Shown here: positions 1 through 4,388 of the stretch, one piece after another
Layout: each line of letters starts with the position of its first letter
Numbering within the stretch: position 1 is the stretch's first letter
Origin: a virus
Taxonomy: Duplodnaviria; Heunggongvirae; Uroviricota; Caudoviricetes
Length of the DNA: 4,388 nucleotides
Direction: 5' to 3' (one strand)
Virus record (IMG/VR): IMGVR_UViG_2648501437_000021
Coordinates: 1 to 4,388 of that record
Program-made: the position numbers and the translations under genes
The notes under the pieces: generated by a model
Seen by the model: the letters and a program-made list of their open reading frames with translations, nothing else
What the model was told of the DNA's origin: nothing
The model's database searches: none

Positions 1-2
1 TA

Positions 3-800
3 TCATCAAACCGCCCGACACATTTCAGTTCATGGGCGCGCAGGAGCATTATTCCGGATCGTCTGGCAACCGCTATTCTGAACGCAGCCGGGCGCACCTC
101 AGCCTTCATCAGTGGTAAGGCACCGGAAATCAAACCCTCGCCCGGCGGCAACACGCCATCGGGTCCGTCTGCAGATACGTCCGTTCGCACAATCTCCCTG
201 CTGCCGGCAGCCGGAGAGGCTGCTGCGCAGGGCTGGAGCATTAAAGATGGCGGAATTCAGTTGTCAGATGGTGTATTTAAGATCACCAAGCAGAGCAATA
301 AAACCTGGTCCCTGACGCATCCGGTGGATGACGCAATTACCCTGCTGACACAGGGCGGCAGACTGACCTGTAAGTTCCGCCTGTCAGGCGCACTGACCAA
401 CAATCAGTTCGGGCTGGGGATTTATCTGTATACGGACGCTCCCGTTCCTGACGGCGTGGCGATGACCGGGACCGGTAACCCGTTCCTGATGTCGTACTTC
501 ACCCAGACCACAGACGGCAGAGTGAATCTGATGCATCACAAGAAAGCAGGAAACACAAAGCTGGGCGAGTTCGGCAATTACAGTAACGACTGGCAGACGC
601 TGGAACTGGTGTTCACCGCCGGCAGTGCCACGGTTACTCCGAAACTGAATGGAGTGGCTGGCCCGGCATTCCAGGTCATAAAAGACAGTCTGACACTGGG
701 ACTGAATGCGCTGACGCTGACGGATATTACAAAAAATGCAGCGTATGGCGTTGAGATAGAAAGTCTGGTGCTGGAGATAAATGCACCGGCATCATCATAA
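3..800 (+). CDS. 3'-terminal part of a larger late-region gene (5' end outside window); Pro/Gly/Ser-rich linker followed by a ~200-aa C-terminal domain of unknown function
   Basis: Frame 3 is open from the first base to TAA at 798-800, with no in-frame stop or ATG/GTG/TTG before the TTG at 261, so the listed 261..800 ORF is the tail of a longer gene. Codon usage is enterobacterial (ccg, ctg, gcc, ggc, acc). Residues encoded around nt 120-180 (APEIKPSPGGNTPSGPSADTS) look like an interdomain linker. It sits directly upstream of the holin, the position where lambdoid phages carry morons such as stx and nanS-p. Product identity not established. Confidence 0.7.
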   Translation, partial: SSNRPTHFSSWARRSIIPDRLATAILNAAGRTSAFISGKAPEIKPSPGGNTPSGPSADTSVRTISLLPAAGEAAAQGWSIKDGGIQLSDGVFKITKQSNKTWSLTHPVDDAITLLTQGGRLTCKFRLSGALTNNQFGLGIYLYTDAPVPDGVAMTGTGNPFLMSYFTQTTDGRVNLMHHKKAGNTKLGEFGNYSNDWQTLELVFTAGSATVTPKLNGVAGPAFQVIKDSLTLGLNALTLTDITKNAAYGVEIESLVLEINAPASS

Positions 801-883
801 AAAGTGAGCCAGCCAAATGGAAGGTATCGTTAAACTCACCGGTAGTGTCAGTGGGTCGTCTGAGACGCCTGCATGAGTTATCA

Positions 884-914
884 GAGCCATCAGTACTTAA
901 CTGGTGGCTTTTTT
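884..914 (+). terminator. Rho-independent terminator between the upstream gene and the holin
   Basis: AGCCATCAG (884-892) pairs with CTGGTGGCT (900-908) as a 9-bp stem with one G-U wobble, 7-nt loop TACTTAA, followed by a T6 run at 909-914. Confidence 0.6.
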
Positions 915-950
915 TATTGTTGTCAGCTTCCGGATAACGGGAGACGGGGT

Positions 951-1166
951 ATGGACCAGATGGAAAAAATCACAACAGGTGTGTCATACACCACGTCAGC
1001 GGTGGGAACGGGATACTGGTTACTGCAGCTGCTGGACAAAGTCTCCCCGTCCCAGTGGGCGGCAATAGGCGTGCTGGGGAGTCTGCTGTTTGGCCTGCTG
1101 ACATATCTGACTAACCTGTATTTCAAAATCAGAGAGGACCGGCGTAAGGCGGCGCGGGGAGAGTAA
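951..1166 (+). CDS. S: Class II holin of the phage 21 S type (pinholin), 71 aa, with Met1/Met4 dual-start motif
   Basis: [71 protein letters not shown] is near-colinear with phage 21 S as I recall it: weakly hydrophobic Gly/Ala-rich TMD1 (SAR-like), TMD2, and the same charged C-terminus [17 protein letters not shown] at 940-943 lies 7 nt upstream of ATG 951; a second in-frame ATG is at 960. The listed 873 start is an upstream extension through the terminator hairpin with no RBS. Confidence 0.85.
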   Translation: MDQMEKITTGVSYTTSAVGTGYWLLQLLDKVSPSQWAAIGVLGSLLFGLLTYLTNLYFKIREDRRKAARGE

Positions 1167-1170
1167 AGCG

Positions 1171-1515
1171 ATGAAGAAAAAATACGAACTGGTTGTTAAA
1201 GGGATAAATAATTACCCGAATAAGATTACTGTTACTGTGGCACTGGAAATTGGTGGGTATCCGTCACTGTTGTTGCCAGATGTGGCGATTAGTCTTGACC
1301 GTACTGAAGATGCCACGCTGGAGTTTTACGAAGCTGAGGCGAAAAAGCAGGCGAAGCAGTTTTTCATGGATGTTGCTGCCGGGTTATGTGAAGGGGATGG
1401 TCCGTTGCCGGAAAAGCGCCCCGTAATTTTAGAGGCGCAGGATGTGTTGATAACCTACAGAGGAAAACTACCGGGAATAATTACTGGTTCTCTGAAGACT
1501 CCACCGCTGGCCTGA
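1171..1515 (+). CDS. Hypothetical 114-aa soluble acidic protein inserted between holin and endolysin
   Basis: ATG lies 4 nt after the holin stop (TAA 1164-1166), suggesting translational coupling. Clean ORF with enterobacterial codon usage, no signal peptide or TM segment. Position and size resemble small uncharacterised ORFs found between holin and endolysin in some E. coli lambdoid prophages (e.g. ydfR of Qin); homology not verified. Confidence 0.65.
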   Translation: MKKKYELVVKGINNYPNKITVTVALEIGGYPSLLLPDVAISLDRTEDATLEFYEAEAKKQAKQFFMDVAAGLCEGDGPLPEKRPVILEAQDVLITYRGKLPGIITGSLKTPPLA

Positions 1516-1565
1516 AGACTTAACATATCCAGGGATTTGAAATCGATAAACCCTGATAAATATCC

Positions 1566-2099
1566 ATGAACACAAAAATCAAATACGGCCTGTCGGCTGC
1601 CGTTCTGGCGCTGATTGCCGCAGGTGCGCCTGCGCCTGAAATCCTCGACCAGTTTCTGGATGAAAAGGAAGGCAACCACACCACGGCATACCGTGATGGC
1701 GCAGGTATCTGGACCATCTGCCGCGGTGCCATCATGGTGGATAGCAAACCTGTCGTCCCGGGCATGAAGTTGTCGAAGGAAAAATGCGACCAGGTTAACG
1801 CCATTGAACGTGATAAAGCGCTGGCATGGGTGGAGAAAAACATCAAAGTGCCACTGACCGAACCCCAGAAAGCGGGGATCGCGTCATTCTGTCCGTACAA
1901 CATTGGTCCCGGTAAATGTTTCCCGTCGACGTTTTACAGACGAATTAATGCAGGTGATCGCAGGGGAGCGTGTGAGGCGATTCGCTGGTGGATTAAGGAC
2001 GGTGGCAGAGACTGCCGTATTCGCTCAAATAACTGTTACGGTCAGGTATCCCGTCGCGACCAGGAGAGTGCGCTGGCGTGCTGGGGAATTGACAGATAA
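1566..2099 (+). CDS. R: SAR endolysin, T4-lysozyme-like muramidase (GH24), 177 aa
   Basis: N-terminal Gly/Ala-rich weakly hydrophobic SAR domain (YGLSAAVLALIAAGAPAP) without Cys. Catalytic triad in canonical T4L spacing: E35 (EGNHTT), D44 (RDG), T50 (GIWT). C-terminal region resembles phage 21 R / P1 Lyz family. Paired with a pinholin upstream, as expected for pinholin-SAR lysis systems. Confidence 0.9.
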   Translation: MNTKIKYGLSAAVLALIAAGAPAPEILDQFLDEKEGNHTTAYRDGAGIWTICRGAIMVDSKPVVPGMKLSKEKCDQVNAIERDKALAWVEKNIKVPLTEPQKAGIASFCPYNIGPGKCFPSTFYRRINAGDRRGACEAIRWWIKDGGRDCRIRSNNCYGQVSRRDQESALACWGIDR

Positions 2100-2188
2100 G
2101 CAGAATATTTTGCTGAAAAATGCGGTTTGCTCACACGGACGGATAACACGAAATCCTGAGAACTGACAAAAACTAAGTGAATAAAAGT

Positions 2189-2228
2189 AAAACCCCCATT
2201 TGTTGGCTGCAAGCGGGGTTTTGTGTTT
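2189..2228 (+). terminator. Hairpin with flanking A- and T-tracts downstream of the endolysin; possible weak or bidirectional terminator or RNA processing structure
   Basis: AAAACCCC (2189-2196) pairs with GGGGTTTT (2215-2222) around an 18-nt loop that has an internal TTG/CAA mini-stem, followed by a T-rich tail to 2228 (TTTTGTGTTT). Stem is short, so termination efficiency is uncertain. Confidence 0.3.
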
Positions 2229-2258
2229 CCTGACTCCGGAAAAGTCAAAGGAGAAAGT

Positions 2259-2396
2259 GTGTTTGATTTTAGCAAACTGATTCGGGAGATTCGAGTGATG
2301 GCTGAAAAATTATCCACCTGGAAGTTCATCCTTATCTGGCTGGTGTTTGTGATTATGGCCTCCGGTTATTTCATCGGTCAGATACGCTGGTGGTGA
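2259..2396 (+). CDS. Candidate small single-pass membrane peptide (45 codons) between endolysin and Rz; not in the supplied ORF track
   Basis: Consensus SD AAGGAG (2248-2253) lies 5 nt upstream of GTG 2259. The ORF reads (M)FDFSKLIREIRVMAEKLSTWKFILIWLVFVIMASGYFIGQIRWW and stops at TGA 2394-2396, one base before the Rz ATG (2398). It has a ~20-residue hydrophobic segment flanked by charged and aromatic residues. An alternative start is ATG 2298 (32 aa). Confidence 0.4.
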   Translation: MFDFSKLIREIRVMAEKLSTWKFILIWLVFVIMASGYFIGQIRWW

Positions 2397-2397
2397 A

Positions 2398-2892
2398 ATG
2401 AACCGCGTACTGTGCGTGGTCATCATTGCCCTGCTGGTGGCCTGTGGTGCGCTTAGTCTGGGGCTGAATCATTACCGTGATAACGCCATAACCTACAAAG
2501 AGCAGCGCGATAAAAAAGTCAGTGAGCTGGAGCTGGCAAATGCAACCATTACTGATATGCAGCAGCGCCAGCGTGATGTTGCTGCACTTGATGCCAGATA
2601 CTCGAGGGAATTAGCCGATGCGAGAGCTGAAAATGAAACTCTTCGCGCTGACGTTGCCGCTGGTCACCGCAGCCTGCGGATCAACGCCACCTGTCCAGGT
2701 CCCGTGCGTGAAGCCACCGGCACCGCCCGCGTGGATAATGCAACCGGCCCCCAACTGGCAGACACCGTTACACGGGATTATTTCACCCTCAGAGAGCGGC
2801 TGATGACGATGCAGAAGCAACTGGAAGGGGCACAGGACTATATCCGCACTCAGTGTACTAAGCAGGCTTTTTATTATCCGGAGGATGTATGA
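2398..2892 (+). CDS. Rz: Rz i-spanin (inner-membrane spanin subunit), 164 aa
   Basis: N-terminal TMD (VLCVVIIALLVACGALSLGL) followed by a coiled-coil-prone periplasmic domain; extensive colinearity with lambda Rz as recalled (NHYRDNAITYK.QRDK, ITDMQ.RQRDVAALDA, ERDYFTLRERL.TMQKQLEG). Confidence 0.9.
   Translation: MNRVLCVVIIALLVACGALSLGLNHYRDNAITYKEQRDKKVSELELANATITDMQQRQRDVAALDARYSRELADARAENETLRADVAAGHRSLRINATCPGPVREATGTARVDNATGPQLADTVTRDYFTLRERLMTMQKQLEGAQDYIRTQCTKQAFYYPEDV
2618..2803 (+). CDS. Rz1: Rz1 o-spanin (outer-membrane lipoprotein spanin subunit), embedded in the +1 frame of Rz
   Basis: Lipoprotein signal peptide with lipobox ending ...LVTAAC, then a proline-rich mature region (CVKPPAPPAWIMQPAPNWQTPLHGIISPSESG) closely matching lambda Rz1 as recalled. 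Lies entirely inside Rz in a different frame. Start could be ATG 2618 (lambda-like length to the lipobox Cys) or ATG 2633. Confidence 0.85.
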   Translation: MRELKMKLFALTLPLVTAACGSTPPVQVPCVKPPAPPAWIMQPAPNWQTPLHGIISPSESG

Positions 2893-3113
2893 AGAAATTG
2901 CAGGTAACGGTAAAACCTTTTCAGGGAACAATTCCGTTCCGTGTTTTGCAACATGGCCGTGTTCTGCTTGAAGAGGTGTTCAGAGGTAAATGCACTGAAT
3001 GTTATTCACGAACATATGAAGTGAATGCCACGCATGAAGAATTCACCGTTGAGTGTGTGATGAATACTGATAAATGCCGAATGGTATCCGCTGAATTACA
3101 GCCAGTGTGTTGA
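2889..3113 (+). CDS. Small Cys-rich hypothetical protein (74 aa), translationally coupled to Rz
   Basis: ATG 2889 overlaps the Rz stop (ATGA overlap, TGA 2890-2892). GGAGG at 2879-2883 lies 5 nt upstream. No signal peptide. Five cysteines including a CxxC pair (GKCTEC) plus C56, C63 and a C-terminal Cys, suggesting a small metal-binding or redox fold. No family recognised. Confidence 0.65.
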   Translation: MKKLQVTVKPFQGTIPFRVLQHGRVLLEEVFRGKCTECYSRTYEVNATHEEFTVECVMNTDKCRMVSAELQPVC

Positions 3114-3394
3114 GCGACCTTATTATCCATGCGCGGTATTGTCGCCGTATTCCTGCATTAACAGAGACCGCAGCCCGACAGGGAGACTCCTCTGCGAGAG
3201 TGTGCGGGGATAATCAAAAACGATACACACCGGGGTTTACCGCGTAAACGGAGCGCGGCGTTGTCCCCTCATGGTCGCTGGTCCGGTGCGATGGTGGAAG
3301 AAACCGGACGATGTGTTACCTCGCAAACTCTGTTATGTCATGTGTCTGATTTGTGATTTAAGTCGGATAATTGTCATTGCCATTAAGCAGAGGA

Positions 3395-3437
3395 TTGATG
3401 ACCGACAGGGCTGCATTGTTAGAATAAGACTTATTCT
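3395..3437 (+). promoter_or_regulatory. Candidate sigma70 promoter with a palindrome over the -10 region, upstream of the lipoprotein gene
   Basis: TTGATG (3395-3400) as -35 and TAGAAT (3420-3425) as -10, with a suboptimal 19-bp spacer. The -10 is embedded in a perfect inverted repeat AGAATAAG-a-CTTATTCT (3421-3437). AT-rich context about 20-60 bp upstream of the lipoprotein start. Confidence 0.25.
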
Positions 3438-3457
3438 TATCTATGCCGGGAATAAAA

Positions 3458-3784
3458 ATGAAAAGAAATCTTCCGTTAATTATTTTGTTGTCTTCTTTGG
3501 TTATGGGCTGTACGCAACATAAAACAGATATGCCTCGACAGTTGGTTAAGGCATTACCACAATATCCGGCCTATGCCGCGGCAAATTATATAAAGGGACG
3601 GGTTGATGTGAAGTTTGATATTGGTGCTGATGGTACTGTCACCCGAATTGAGTTTATCCGTTCAGAGCCGCACCATCTGTTTGATGAGCAGGTTGTAAAG
3701 GCGATGGCAAAATGGCGATTTGAGAAGGACAAGCCGCGTAAAGGCGTGAAGAAAACATTTATCTTTAGTCCTTCAGCACCCTGA
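3458..3784 (+). CDS. Lipoprotein consisting of a TonB C-terminal domain (TonB_C fold), 108 aa; predicted outer-membrane anchored
   Basis: Signal peptide MKRNLPLIILLSSLVMGC with lipobox VMG-C and Thr at +2 (no Asp, so Lol sorting to the outer membrane is predicted). The mature part, LPQYPAYAAANYIKGRVDVKFDIGADGTVTRIEFIRSEPHHLFDEQVVKAMAKWRFEKDKPRKGVKKTFIF, aligns motif-for-motif with the E. coli TonB C-terminal domain as recalled (PQYPA, G.V.VKFD, DG.V, S.P, F, V..AM..WR.E..KP). GGGA at 3449-3452 lies 5 nt upstream of ATG 3458; the listed 3443 start lacks an RBS. Confidence 0.8.
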   Translation: MKRNLPLIILLSSLVMGCTQHKTDMPRQLVKALPQYPAYAAANYIKGRVDVKFDIGADGTVTRIEFIRSEPHHLFDEQVVKAMAKWRFEKDKPRKGVKKTFIFSPSAP

Positions 3785-4241
3785 TTATTTTATCAGAAGT
3801 TAATTATCACTCTGTTGCTATTCAGTACATCCCTGCAGGGTAAAGTCTTGTTTCGCCGGATATGAAGATGAAATATTGTTAGAAGACAGTAGCTACCGGT
3901 TCCTGTAACCGAACGTTCATTTCTCGTTATTTTTCATGCTGGCCGGGCGCAGGTGCTTTGCATCTGTTGCCAGCCTTCTCCTGCAGGCTTCAATAACCCA
4001 TGCCGAAAAATTACCCGATCCCTTACGTTCAAGGGCAATATGGATTTGATTAATCATCTGGTTTGGGAAGCTTTATTTTTTGATGACATTGTGTTTTTCC
4101 GTGTTCAGTGCTGCTGATTTGTATTGTCTTAAGATGTCTTTACGTTAAGTTGACACAGATCAATTAATGCATGACTTGGACAAAATTGATTATTTGTCGT
4201 GGTTTTATGGTGTACGTGGGATGTGTGATGGTATTTATATA

Positions 4242-4388
4242 AATGATAATTATTATCATTTATTGGGTCCTTTCCGGCGATCCGGCAGGCTACGGGGCGG
4301 CGACCTCGCGGGTTTTCGCTATTTATGAAAATTTTCCGGTTTAAGGCGTTTCCGTTCTTCTTCGTCGTAACTTAATGTTTTTATTTAA
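4242..4388 (+). other. Lambda-type cos region (cosQ-side palindrome, cosN, start of cosB); continues beyond the window
   Basis: From 4295 to 4388 the sequence matches the left end of phage lambda as I recall it (GGGCGGCGACCTCGCGGGTTTTCGCTATTTATGAAAATTTTCCGGTTTAAGGCGTTTCCGTTCTTCTTCGTC.TAACTTAATGTTTTTATTTAA) with one mismatch. The sequence just upstream (GGTCCTTTCCGG.GATCCG.CAGG.TACG) resembles the lambda right end. An 8-bp inverted repeat ATGATAAT-t-ATTATCAT lies at 4242-4258. Confidence 0.8.
4295..4306 (+). other. cosN cohesive-end sequence (12-nt GGGCGGCGACCT)
   Basis: Exact match to the lambda 12-nt cohesive end as recalled, in the expected context between the right-end-like and left-end-like flanks. 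Confidence 0.75.

Noticed and set aside
112-315. Listed + strand ORF of 67 aa (Arg-rich)
   Set aside because: Lies out of frame inside the continuous frame-3 coding region that runs from the window start to 800; Arg/Pro-rich low-complexity translation typical of an off-frame read of GC-rich coding DNA.
873-950. N-terminal extension of the holin ORF (start at ATG 873)
   Set aside because: The extension runs through the terminator hairpin and T-tract and has no RBS; ATG 951 has a GGAG 7 nt upstream and gives the 71-aa length expected for an S21-type holin.
923-1126. Minus-strand ORF of 67 aa
   Set aside because: Antisense to the well-supported holin gene; no RBS and no recognisable features.
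1455-1903. Two minus-strand ORFs (1455..1679 and 1520..1903)
   Set aside because: Both are antisense to the SAR endolysin and the end of the 114-aa ORF; the endolysin frame carries the GH24 catalytic triad, so these are shadow ORFs.
1903-2166. + strand ORF of 87 aa overlapping the endolysin 3' end
   Set aside because: Off-frame overlap with the endolysin C-terminus; Arg-rich translation, no RBS.
2042-2329. Minus-strand ORF of 95 aa across the R-Rz spacer
   Set aside because: Runs antisense through the hairpin and the SD-led small + strand ORF; no start context, composition looks non-coding.
2611-2931. Minus-strand ORF of 106 aa
   Set aside because: Antisense to the Rz/Rz1 region, which already encodes two recognisable proteins on the + strand.
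3443-3457. Upstream ATG 3443 as start of the lipoprotein gene
   Set aside because: No RBS; starting at ATG 3458 gives a canonical lipoprotein signal peptide (MKRNLPLIILLSSLVMGC) with a GGGA 5 nt upstream.
3271-3522. + strand ORF of 83 aa overlapping the lipoprotein start
   Set aside because: Off-frame relative to the TonB_C lipoprotein and spans the AT-rich promoter-like spacer; no RBS, implausible composition.
3785-4241. Possible genes, terminators or repeats in the AT-rich interval before cos
   Set aside because: Only short weak hairpins (CTGAT...ATCAG at 3781-3796, CCCTGCAGGG at 3831-3840, CGGTT...AACCG near 3896-3910) and no ORF with a credible start; best treated as the non-coding approach to cos, parts of which resemble the lambda right end.
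1-4388. CRISPR array, tRNA/rRNA genes, IS elements or integrase
   Set aside because: No direct-repeat/spacer periodicity, no tRNA-like cloverleaf candidates, no transposase- or integrase-like ORFs seen; the mobile context is the prophage itself, whose attachment sites are outside this window.

Overview
This window is the right-arm end of a lambda-like (cos-type) prophage from an enterobacterial host, read in the direction of late transcription. From start to end it holds: (1) the 3' end of a large late-region gene whose 5' end lies outside the window; (2) an intrinsic terminator; (3) a phage-21-type lysis cassette consisting of an S21-like pinholin, an extra 114-aa ORF, a SAR (signal-anchor-release) GH24 endolysin, a spacer with a hairpin and an unlisted 45-codon membrane-peptide ORF, and Rz with Rz1 embedded in the +1 frame; (4) a moron locus between Rz and cos, with a small Cys-rich protein translationally coupled to Rz and, behind its own AT-rich upstream region, a lipoprotein that is essentially a bare TonB C-terminal domain; (5) a lambda-type cos site at the window end. 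The most interesting element is the TonB-C-domain lipoprotein, a candidate lysogenic-conversion or superinfection-exclusion factor. All calls are from reading the sequence and recalled family knowledge; no database search was run.
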